Shown here: piece by piece, positions 9,301 through 15,590 of the stretch
Layout: the number at the start of each line of letters is the position of its first letter
Numbering within the stretch: the first letter of the stretch is position 1
Assembly (NCBI GenBank): GCA_000025185.1
Contig: CP001848.1
Span: forward strand, 2,400,001-2,432,000
From: Pirellula staleyi DSM 6068
GTDB lineage: Bacteria > Planctomycetota > Planctomycetia > Pirellulales > Pirellulaceae
Length of the DNA stretch: 32,000 nt
Direction: 5' to 3'
The notes under the pieces: generated by a model
What the model saw: the letters and a program-made list of their open reading frames with translations, nothing else
The model's database searches: none
Told to the model about the DNA's origin: nothing
Made by a program: the position numbers and the translations under genes

Positions 9301-12300
9301 TCCCGTAATACCGCTCCCCGGAAAATTGCCAACACTAAGCATGAAATCATGCTCCGGCAGAGACTGTTCACCAAAATCGGTGAGGTCGACCGAGAGGGCA
9401 GAGCCGTCGACATCGGTTCCGAGCGACAGGGTATCGCCGAGGGCAAAATAGTTTTCGGTTTCTTTGAGTGCATTCAGGCTGAGGAGGGAATCGGTCACAT
9501 AGCGACGATTGTCGTCGATTTCCCCTCCAAACGGATCGCTCCCAAAGCCCCCGCCTATCCCGCCGCCCCCCAGTCCACCTCCACCCATGCTCATGCCACC
9601 ATAACGGCCAAGCATCTGTCCTGTGATGAAGTCAAAGGTGGTCAAATGGTCTTTATAGCCATCGCTAAAACCCCAACTCGAGCCCCCCGCCCACAGGCTA
9701 GGGATCATGGCAGCGCCGGTGGAACGGTAGATTTGATCGAGGTTCTCGCGCAAGTCTGCAAGCGTGGGTGGAGTGGCAAGCTGCGTGCGGGCCTGCGCCA
9801 TCAGCTGCGCGCGGAAGGCACGCGCGGCAATCATTTGCTGATAGCGGAGTGCTTCGCGCACCTTGGTTTGAGCATCGGCAAAGAATCGCTCTCCATCCTT
9901 CATCTGCATCGTCCGTTTGACTTTGAAGCGTGCCCGATCTTCTTCGGTCTCGAGCACGAGCAGCGATGTGTACGGAGTGATCAGGTGATACTCGGCCGAG
10001 AGGGCGATGATTTCGCTGACAATCTCGGCTGAATTTCCTTCGAGCAGCAGCTGATCGATATGCTGTTTGGCCCACAGCCGCGGCAGGAACGAGGCCTCGT
10101 CGGAGCTGGCGTCGCTTGCAGGAGCAGCCACCTCCACCGACTGGCGAAACTCGACAGGTTTGCCCGCTGAAGTGCCACGCACGATGATTTCGCCAGCGAG
10201 TTTTTCCCCTTCCGGCAAATAGCGGCCGACCACGATTTGCTGTGCTCCGGCGGGCAAATTGGGGAGCTGCCGAGGATAGACACGTGCCGTCCGAATGCCG
10301 CTGATTTCGAGCGTCAGATTCTGTAGCGCAGGACGTGTGATTTCTGTCAGCAGTTCAGCAGCCACTTGTGCTGGAGTTGCTTCCCCAGTTACCTCGCGAC
10401 GGCTTCCGCCACTACCGCGCGTGATCGCTTCGAGTAGCGTTGCATCGAGCAGGCTCGACGTGCTGATCGCATGCAGCACCACTTGCTTGCTCGCAGCCTG
10501 TTTCTGAACCTTGGCCGCGAGAGCACCGGTATCGACATGCGGCGCACTAGTGCGGAGTCCATCTCCCAGGTAGATCAAGTGCGAACTAGCGGCGGATCGT
10601 TCGATGGCGGTGGCGAGTCCTTGATCGAGATTCGTCCAGCCGAGCGCCGAGCGCGAGCTGATGAATCGCAGCAGCTTCTCGATCTCGGCTTCACTGGCGA
10701 CCACCGGTTCGTCGGATGCCCAGCAAGCGGAGGAGTCGATCGCTCCCAGCAGCACGCGATCGTCGGGGCCTAGCGAGCGGAGCAGGGCGGTGACCGTTTG
10801 CAGTTGCAAGCGACGTGCTTCGCCGCGCATCGAGGCGCTTGTATCAACCAGCAGCGTGAGCTGCAGTGGCGCGCTACTGGCCACTTCAGTGCGCCGCCAA
10901 GCAGCATCGCCACCTGGCGGATTGAGCAGCAAAAGAAAGTAGCCATCGTCGCCGCGTCGATGCGGAATGAGTGTCAGCGGAGATTGCTGCGGCGCTGTTT
11001 CGATCGTGAGTTCAAAATCACGTGTTGGTCGATAATTGGCCGCCGAGAATTCGGCCCGCGCGGTGAGGGGCGACTGCGAAACGCGGAGCGGATGCGTCGT
11101 GCTTGCGACCTTCGTCAGCGGCAGATGCGAAACGATGTTCGCCGTGATCTGCAAATCGGCAAGCGGGTTCTGCTGCAGCAGTTCACTCGCCAGGTTATAG
11201 CGGTAGCGAATCTGCTGGCCATGCTTGGGGAGGACCTGGGTATAGACGATCTTGATCCGCTTTTCCCCCTTCGCTGGAATCGGATAAACGCGGGCCTGGA
11301 ACTGATTTCCCGCTGTCCATTCGAGCAGCCCCGGGTCGCGTTTTTCGCGCAGGATCGTTTCGTAAATCTCGCGGGCTCGCTGCCGCTCGACAACATCGGC
11401 CTCGACCAGTTCGTCACCAATCCACATGCCGAATCCGGAGATCGAAGCATCCGCTGGGAGGGGAAAGTGGAACGTCCCTTCGAGTACCGCATCAGTTCGG
11501 TTGATGAACGACTCGACGATCGTGGTCCGCGCGATTTGATCGCGGATATCAATCGTCACGTGATGTGTTCCGACATCGAGCGAAATGCTTCGGCCATCGA
11601 CGTTGGCGATCAGCGAGCCGAGTAGTTGGTCGCTTCGTTTTCCCAAATAGGCGCTCAGCCAGAGGGGCGTTTTATCGAGTGCTTCTAGCGATTTTCCCGA
11701 TGCTCGCAGCAACTCGGTCCCGCTCAGTTTCGTCACCTTCTGGTCGGGGCCTGTGAGGGTAAGTTCGCGTTTGCCAGAAGCGGTTCGGATTTCTCCCGCT
11801 GTCAGCGTGATTGCCGTCGGACTCGTCAGGACAAGCTGCGCTCCTGGGCCAGCGATGAGCGACGAGTTGCCCGCGAGCGCGATCGCAACGGCGCTCCGGC
11901 TTTGGTCGTCGACCCGCAGCATATCGCCCGGGAAAAGCAACGTCAGATTGGTCAGCGGAGTCCAGCGCGTCGCCTCAGCCGACTTGATCCAGGCCACTCC
12001 AATCACATCAGTCACGTCCCCCACACGGCCGTCGGCTGTCAGCGTGTCGGAGACTCGCAGCAGCTGCGGATCGACTTTTCCTTGCAGCAGTTCGACGGTG
12101 AAGCTGCGGGGAATTTCGCCTGCATGACGTGGGACGATTTGAAACGTTTTGGGTACGACAGAGTCTCCCTCGAAACTGATTTGAAACGAAGCGAGCGACT
12201 GATCGGCGAGCGTGCGAGCGGTGCCGGACAGGATGCGCGGCTGTTGCTCGCGAGGAGCGCGCGGCTGATCGAGGGTGATCGTCGCGGGATCGAGTCCCAG

Positions 12301-12870
12301 CAGCGCGAGCGGATGCATGCCGGTGCTGGCGGAGGTTCCGAGCGTGACCTCGGTGGTTCGCGCGGCGCTTGTGGGAATTTCGATCTGCGACGAATCGAGA
12401 TGACGCGCCACGTTCTGCTGCTCATCGACTTGCCACAGATTGAGATCGTCTTTCACAAAGTACCGCTCGGGAGAAATGCTCAGCCGCAGATCGCTCGGGC
12501 CTTGCCCCACTACTTCCAGAATTTGGTCTCCCAGCTGAAGCTGACCACGATAGCTCGGCGCGTCGTGAATTTTGGCGATCGCTTGCTCGAGCGCGGTCGC
12601 GCTTTCGCCGGGACTACCGAGGTAGATACCGGCGGCGAGAATCAGCGACGCAGCCAGGGTGACGAGGAGGCGAATGGCAGCCATGGAAGTTCTTTCGCGA
12701 AGGTTGGGAGAGGAGTTCGCGCGGAGGTTGAATTGAGCAAGGGACTCGGATCGTAAACGGGCCAAGAGCGCACGATCGATCGGCGCAGCATCGCGGGCCA
12801 AGAGGCCGACGAGGTCGCGCAGGAGTTTGTCGGAGTCGTCAGGTGGAACTGGATGTGGTGAGCCGGTCAT
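3400..12870 (-). CDS. giant (3,156 aa) single-pass membrane protein: short cytoplasmic N-terminus, TM anchor, FecR-like, VIT and VWA domains, Gly-run, about 2,000 aa of helical/TPR-like repeats; candidate anti-sigma factor/sensor of the upstream ECF sigma
   Basis: A single uninterrupted 9.47-kb ORF. Its ATG overlaps the sigma-factor stop (ATGA at 12867-12870). Motifs are listed in the sub-features below. The post-VWA tail HLITPYTSLLVLETEED is typical of bacterial VIT-VWA proteins. The C-terminal about 350 aa have TPR-like A/L/Y/E periodicity (SYLAIGRALRAQKRSAEAVHCFERAVELAP). Confidence 0.85.
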   Translation of the reverse strand: MTGSPHPVPPDDSDKLLRDLVGLLARDAAPIDRALLARLRSESLAQFNLRANSSPNLRERTSMAAIRLLVTLAASLILAAGIYLGSPGESATALEQAIAKIHDAPSYRGQLQLGDQILEVVGQGPSDLRLSISPERYFVKDDLNLWQVDEQQNVARHLDSSQIEIPTSAARTTEVTLGTSASTGMHPLALLGLDPATITLDQPRAPREQQPRILSGTARTLADQSLASFQISFEGDSVVPKTFQIVPRHAGEIPRSFTVELLQGKVDPQLLRVSDTLTADGRVGDVTDVIGVAWIKSAEATRWTPLTNLTLLFPGDMLRVDDQSRSAVAIALAGNSSLIAGPGAQLVLTSPTAITLTAGEIRTASGKRELTLTGPDQKVTKLSGTELLRASGKSLEALDKTPLWLSAYLGKRSDQLLGSLIANVDGRSISLDVGTHHVTIDIRDQIARTTIVESFINRTDAVLEGTFHFPLPADASISGFGMWIGDELVEADVVERQRAREIYETILREKRDPGLLEWTAGNQFQARVYPIPAKGEKRIKIVYTQVLPKHGQQIRYRYNLASELLQQNPLADLQITANIVSHLPLTKVASTTHPLRVSQSPLTARAEFSAANYRPTRDFELTIETAPQQSPLTLIPHRRGDDGYFLLLLNPPGGDAAWRRTEVASSAPLQLTLLVDTSASMRGEARRLQLQTVTALLRSLGPDDRVLLGAIDSSACWASDEPVVASEAEIEKLLRFISSRSALGWTNLDQGLATAIERSAASSHLIYLGDGLRTSAPHVDTGALAAKVQKQAASKQVVLHAISTSSLLDATLLEAITRGSGGSRREVTGEATPAQVAAELLTEITRPALQNLTLEISGIRTARVYPRQLPNLPAGAQQIVVGRYLPEGEKLAGEIIVRGTSAGKPVEFRQSVEVAAPASDASSDEASFLPRLWAKQHIDQLLLEGNSAEIVSEIIALSAEYHLITPYTSLLVLETEEDRARFKVKRTMQMKDGERFFADAQTKVREALRYQQMIAARAFRAQLMAQARTQLATPPTLADLRENLDQIYRSTGAAMIPSLWAGGSSWGFSDGYKDHLTTFDFITGQMLGRYGGMSMGGGGLGGGGIGGGFGSDPFGGEIDDNRRYVTDSLLSLNALKETENYFALGDTLSLGTDVDGSALSVDLTDFGEQSLPEHDFMLSVGNFPGSGITGRGQAFAITGRRLSDRKGQERGMLAETRSRPYVDAIHDPIGMIAGAIPASPRKLHSINKQPATWSQEAFQLAQQLLRSAQPQSLTESVAIRQTESRRDLSQPGFTLSSEQRILLSPKAWLVRQEGSNPETNYCTRDTRGYLWPMYQLHLSRAAAASDLEQPPVILTSELQAHLLYHHREFRAALVPADKPDHVWLELRDPLGDERHSVKLLVHTKRLTIVELWTKFNGTYRLASRFEKFIQVGQQWLATVEVTLDDEGREVVRRERTIELRTAEQFDADFAASMKLREGLLAIELPLRELRVNAPPMGKLTPSDRLAWIGTLIEHQRYSDTTDQVQLLKNEPHADWIWQLLMLQLASHNRDHRPTLALLEAMLKQLATQPHAGELRLMGELQQYARDILTTPQQQQLHELARPIVLRSPATSYHRYQWHETAAALEYELDNARGIQLYLDNVKQFPESTEAVLVAADRLHREGESLAAHEIITSAIERMQQLKRTSNLDHLFAKSWQIFVDDGAIAESAELLEKWKKAVPEPSYSRVRIEYYVLLSMGQKEALDARLRAALAAAADHRQLTRAEEIELTQASSVIANNVGGFQSFNTPDNDGKYRFEDQVARALITQAASESPRMALYDLTVSNQIREPVQSHIRQTILRNLLARCETLPIFEIQTLAEFLENFPAAIEDEQKVTEPIAERLLERLVADQSDRAKLALGEAILSLGLSDLQGKPILQLLIAKTTGPVRDEFHRQWIEQQRGSSELEKIYAILPELKNLSRAKTGTQQLVDQLQELDLVVERIEKQADTNDQQRIVRDPKLTRTQRSQQLQDAKIAARKKLRSELEKLADKRPLWNLQLQLKMAALEKQFGSESAALVKNGWKLIGEAREIAASIAADKQLADDEREALLLVSATLHQVALQFTAQLVTADKQPAAAVDQLLAELREKPQPGEIDAATRRDLEYLTLLAADRSREVQQMLRALLADDPTSPRVRWELAQLQAEVGELSEAIATLQPLEAAQSLDESQLDQVARWRLALGEQVASQQTLLAKYRRTSSYDLSEQVKSELRNLPAGETADERTLDKMRVVLEQPNSLRNIGDEIRRSYRQSRDFRLLSVLAESLIGRDQSDAIDQLIAFQSVLEDVYEEASTDEMVRYARELQTKHPAPHDQRSLELWMMLAEARAAMVEGAAARHATQAMEHWTRAFPTDQPIEHPEKVIRLLGVQTAASHAPLVDAWIATAERCLATEKLGTRERLSLAVDVADFLSRQDREEKGALLLAAELDAALAKNAGKPAKFMLTAIENLTEQEMNVGNFRSSETRAIKLLKETSPSQLQDRLKLLLAQIYGRAVADAGETSLGRDGAQFQSALVYQTTELRQAIRQQERLEWYAALTSLLEAGLDLNLPGAEATALATLREVAPWVVERVHSNQDQPAERALSIFADHHLVNPAIELGLLLLEKEPQFRQWQGTSIWDEIAGTMGSALEDSIAAAESGENKPGTKLRADLEKKLLATVLPRLMRYLRREPGEAHEFFDRDGRYYWATKQAEFLKVAQELAGQSRDEAIILRCGSYVRDVLHLPAEAVSLLVNARERKLLSDSGSYTLADWLVEDRRYAEAVAILGPIIENKPTWFEPQWLWIRATALTGDVAGAKERFALLRKQVAAEKNRSQHHQHQLVRLAVEFGWSREAHELVAPLVAQRLTLTGGREDALLAEWYQLDAQALAELGQTQEAVEAAASAMVVAARDPAQQEVTRKTLATVLEKCQDLPAYIAWLDKQTAASAQDRPILRQAIATELERRGEVQGAIAQLRIAIEFTPEDEALAQQLIDALRSAGESEQLREQLYSSLEIHPRKTLWWDELAELYQQSQDPQSADRARHSIADTAAGEADSYLAIGRALRAQKRSAEAVHCFERAVELAPKSREQLLEAARQLIELGQQQQAAAAIKTLRAIELSVEERQTLDAEIKKLEAVRIPMRAME
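9520..9603 (-). other. glycine-run low-complexity linker (YGGMSMGGGGLGGGGIGGGFGSDPFGGE)
   Basis: Read directly from the translation. It lies between the VIT-VWA module and the C-terminal two thirds of the protein. Confidence 0.8.
10340..10869 (-). other. von Willebrand factor A domain with MIDAS-type DxSxS (approx. aa 668-843)
   Basis: LQLTLLVDTSASMRG carries D-T-S-A-S. It is followed by GPDDRVLLGAIDSS, WTNLDQGL and HLIYLGDG, which are typical VWA strand/loop motifs. Confidence 0.75.
11227..11570 (-). other. VIT (vault/inter-alpha-trypsin) domain (approx. aa 434-548)
   Basis: The sequence is VTIDIRDQIARTTIVESFINRTDAVLEGTFHFPLPADASISGFGMWIGDELVEADVVERQRAREIYE...GNQFQARVYPIPAKGEKRIKIVYTQVLP. 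This matches the characteristic VIT layout. Confidence 0.75.
11745..12036 (-). other. FecR-like beta domain (approx. aa 279-375)
   Basis: GRVGDVTDVIGVAWIKSAEATRWTPLTNLTLLFPGDMLRVDDQSRSAVAIALAGNSSLIAGPGAQLVLTSPTAITLTAGEI follows the FecR pattern: G.v..v.G.v......W.p......l..GD.l.t...s.a.l.l..gs.l.l.p.s.l.l.....l.l..G. Boundaries are estimated by eye. Confidence 0.5.
12616..12684 (-). other. transmembrane anchor of the giant protein (aa 63-85, MAAIRLLVTLAASLILAAGIYLG)
   Basis: This is the only long hydrophobic stretch in the protein. It is preceded by a 62-aa charged, helical-looking segment ending RERTS (positive-inside). Confidence 0.7.
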
Positions 12871-13451
12871 GGGAGCACCCTTTCTCCGGTGACGCGTGCC
12901 AATGCCGAGCGCAAGGCACGACGAGCGCGGGCCAGTTTGGACTGGAGTGCGGTGGTGGAGGTGGCGTCGCGGGCTGCCAGTTCGTCGAGCGATAGTTCAT
13001 CGAGATAGCGAGCCACGAGCAATTCTTCGTAGTCGAGCGGCAGCATGCTGAGCGCTTCGCGGACCGATTGAGCCGTCTCGGCGGCGCTCAGCAGATCGGC
13101 CGGAAGTGGCTCGCTCGTTTCGAGCTGCGCCGACTCGGCGTCGAACAGACTGGTTTCAAAACTGGGAGGTCGCGTTTGACGGCGTCGAAAGTAGAGTGCT
13201 GCTTGTCGCCGCGCGATTCCCGAGAGCCAGCCCCACAACGTTCCGCGCGACGGATCGAACGTACGGAGGCTTCCCGCCGCCGCCAGGAATGTTTCCTGCA
13301 CGATGTCGGCCACTTCATGCTGATGGGGTCCGACGCGCCGCGCCACCGATTGCCAAATGCGCGGCGCAAGGGTGTCGTACATCGACTCCCAGGCCGACGC
13401 TTGGCCCGCCAGAAGACCTCTGGCTATCGTGTGCTCGCTCGGCAGTTCCAC
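12867..13451 (-). CDS. ECF-type RNA polymerase sigma factor (sigma-70 family, group 4)
   Basis: 194 aa. Region 2 reads HEVADIVQETFLAAAGSLRTFDPSRGTLWGWLSGIARRQA. Region 4 reads LSMLPLDYEELLVARYLDELSLDELAARDATSTTALQSKLARARRALR. The start is GTG at 13451. The stop overlaps the downstream giant ORF start. Confidence 0.9.
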   Translation of the reverse strand: MELPSEHTIARGLLAGQASAWESMYDTLAPRIWQSVARRVGPHQHEVADIVQETFLAAAGSLRTFDPSRGTLWGWLSGIARRQAALYFRRRQTRPPSFETSLFDAESAQLETSEPLPADLLSAAETAQSVREALSMLPLDYEELLVARYLDELSLDELAARDATSTTALQSKLARARRALRSALARVTGERVLP

Positions 13452-13665
13452 GCTGATGGTCCGGGGCGGTGGTTGAAGTGCAGGGGGATCTCACCTAACT
13501 CTTTGCGCCCGAGGGTCGGCTGCTGTCGCCAATTCTCGAAAAAATTCGAGCTGTACGTCCGCTGTCGTAGAAACATCCCCCGGGGCCGACTGTGGCGATT
13601 GTGACGGAAGCCCCGCTTCGATGCGACTTGGAGAAAAGAACTGGCCATAGCAATTTGGCAATTTG

Positions 13666-13695
13666 TTGACCCTAGAGAAGTGGCGTAAGTATACT
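13666..13695 (+). promoter_or_regulatory. putative sigma-70-type promoter (TTGACC - 18 nt - TATACT) facing the 13808 gene
   Basis: TTGACC at 13666-13671 and TATACT at 13690-13695 lie in the divergent intergenic region, about 110 nt upstream of the ATG. This is a motif match only. Planctomycete promoter rules are poorly defined. Confidence 0.3.
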
Positions 13696-13807
13696 TCAGG
13701 GGTCGGTTTTCGCGCTGGATCGTCGTGCGCTCGTAGTATGCTTAGGTACGTGCGCTCGCCAATCGGCGCTCATCAGGCCCACGCTCGTCGCAATTCGAGG
13801 ATGGTTC

Positions 13808-14884
13808 ATGTCGACCCCAACCTGCTACCAGGCTCTTCAAGCTATGTGCGCAAAGTATTGCCAGGCTTTGTTTTGCGCTGCAATGGCCGCTAGCATTCTC
13901 GGCGCTGCCGCCAGCCCCGTGATGGCGCAATCGCCCGGTCCTGGACCTTCGCGACAGTTGGCTCCTGGCATTTTGACCGTCATTCCGCCGAAGCCGGAAG
14001 AAGAGGAAATGGTCAGCGGACCAACACTTCTTGCCGAAATTCCCGCCGAAATCAGCGAACTCGACTACACGCCGAACTTCACACCGAAATCGGCCACACT
14101 GCTCGAGCAGGCCAAAGCAGCCACGCTAAGGCGCACGATTTGGAACCTCGAATTCGCCTTCAAACCAATGCGGATGATCATCATCGATGTGCCGCAAACG
14201 AGCGGAAAAGCTCAAAAGAAGCTGATTTGGTACATGGTTTACCGGGTCAAGAACAACGGCGGGCACCTCTCGGCCAAAGAAGCGGTGGAAACCGTCACCG
14301 ATTCGATCGAGCACAAGCGGTTTGAAATCGAAAAGACGAACGAAGTGGAAGTGTTTGGCCGCAAGGGAACCAGCCTCCGTTTCTTCCCGCAGTTTGTGCT
14401 CGCCAGCCGCGAGTATGAAAAGTCGTATCTCGATCGGGTAATTCCGGCCGCCATGGCCCCGATTAAGGCCCGCGAATTCCCGGGTGATAAGCAGGTGGCT
14501 TTGTACGATTCGCTCGCGATCAGCGAAGTGAATATTCCTCTTTCGGACGCCATGAACGACCGAAGTGTATGGGGCGTCGTGACTTGGGAAGATGTTGACC
14601 CTCGTATCGACTACTTCTCGGTCTACGTGCAAGGGCTGACCAACGCCTATAAGTACGAAGACCCAGTGGGGGCCTTCACCAAGGGGAGTGCGCCGGGAAC
14701 CGGGCGGAAATTCACGACCAAGACGCTGCAGCTGAACTTCTGGCGCCCTGGCGACGCGGTGGCTCAGAACGAGGACGAAATTCGTTATGGGGTCCGTCTC
14801 GACTCCAACGAAGCCGAGCAGCAGCGAATTTTCGCGCTCTACGGGGTCTCAGGCCGTCTTGATCATCTCTGGCTCTACCAGTAA
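13808..14884 (+). CDS. secreted hypothetical protein (no family recognised)
   Basis: 358-aa ORF with GAGGA 6 nt upstream of ATG 13808. A signal-peptide-like segment reads AAMAASILGAAASPVMA|QSP; Met at 13844 is an alternative start. The rest has mixed composition and no motif I can name. Confidence 0.7.
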   Translation: MSTPTCYQALQAMCAKYCQALFCAAMAASILGAAASPVMAQSPGPGPSRQLAPGILTVIPPKPEEEEMVSGPTLLAEIPAEISELDYTPNFTPKSATLLEQAKAATLRRTIWNLEFAFKPMRMIIIDVPQTSGKAQKKLIWYMVYRVKNNGGHLSAKEAVETVTDSIEHKRFEIEKTNEVEVFGRKGTSLRFFPQFVLASREYEKSYLDRVIPAAMAPIKAREFPGDKQVALYDSLAISEVNIPLSDAMNDRSVWGVVTWEDVDPRIDYFSVYVQGLTNAYKYEDPVGAFTKGSAPGTGRKFTTKTLQLNFWRPGDAVAQNEDEIRYGVRLDSNEAEQQRIFALYGVSGRLDHLWLYQ

Positions 14885-15094
14885 ATTCTAGGATTCCTCG
14901 GCGGAGAACGTGCGCAAGCATGGAATCCCCGCCCCGGAACAGCCGACCTATTAATGGTCGACCGAATTTGCAAAGGTGAATTTGCTCCTGCCCCACAGCA
15001 TGGGCGTGGCTCTGCTGGCCAGTATCGCTAGCTTCGCTGCTCTTCCGCTGGCAGGTTTTTGTTATTGGTAATCGTTTGCTGAGGTACCGCAGTC

Positions 15095-15343
15095 ATGGCA
15101 CATAAGAAGGGTCAAGGTTCGACGCGTAACGGACGCGATTCGAACGGTCAACGTCGCGGCGTGAAGGTGTACGGCGGCCAGGCTGTGAAGGCCGGCGGCA
15201 TCATCGTCCGTCAGTGCGGAACCAAGTTCCGTGCTGGTGCCAACGTTGGTCAAGGCAAGGACTACACCCTGTGGGCACTCGTCCCAGGCCTCGTGAAGTT
15301 CGACTGCGAAGGTCGCCGCGTGAATGTGGTGGCTGCCAACTAG
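15095..15343 (+). CDS. rpmA: 50S ribosomal protein L27
   Basis: The translation is [65 protein letters not shown], a textbook L27 sequence. GAGG lies 9-12 nt upstream. Confidence 0.97.
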   Translation: MAHKKGQGSTRNGRDSNGQRRGVKVYGGQAVKAGGIIVRQCGTKFRAGANVGQGKDYTLWALVPGLVKFDCEGRRVNVVAAN

Positions 15344-15472
15344 CTGGCTCAACTGGTTTTCGCCTCAGGCGTCTTCGCTCCGCAGTCTGCAGTTGCCCAG
15401 GCATCTGCTGTAAGCTCGGCTCCGAGGCGTGGCGGGACTAGTTCGAACCTAGCTGAGCTCGATACACTGACA

Positions 15473-15510
15473 GGGGTGTTCCCGACTTCAGGGAACGCCC
15501 CTTTCTTTTT
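15473..15510 (+). terminator. rho-independent terminator after rpmA
   Basis: GGGGTGTTCCC (15473-83), loop GACTTCA, GGGAACGCCCC (15491-501). This gives an 11-bp stem with one G-U pair, followed by TTTCTTTTT. Confidence 0.7.
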
Positions 15511-15590
15511 GCCTATCTCGTTTTTGATCTGTCGATTTTGATCCGGCGTGCGATGGACCAGCAGTCTTCGGCCGGCCGGGAGTTTGTCTG

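Noticed and set aside
7477-12756. Long plus-strand ORFs antisense to the giant gene (7477..8256, 9292..10032, 10798..11625, 11902..12756; 246-284 aa).
   Set aside because: Their Arg/Gly/Leu-rich compositions have no recognisable motifs, no RBS and no signal of independent function. Stop-poor antisense frames are expected in GC-rich coding DNA. The minus-strand frame carries clear VIT/VWA/FecR motifs.
13535-13550. Perfect palindrome CTCGAA-AAAA-TTCGAG about 85-100 nt upstream of the ECF sigma start, as a possible operator. I also looked for an ECF-type GGAAC..CGT autoregulatory promoter in 13452-13650.
   Set aside because: A 6-bp inverted repeat is too short to be significant alone. I could not find a convincing ECF -35/-10 pair by eye. 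Comparative footprinting is needed.
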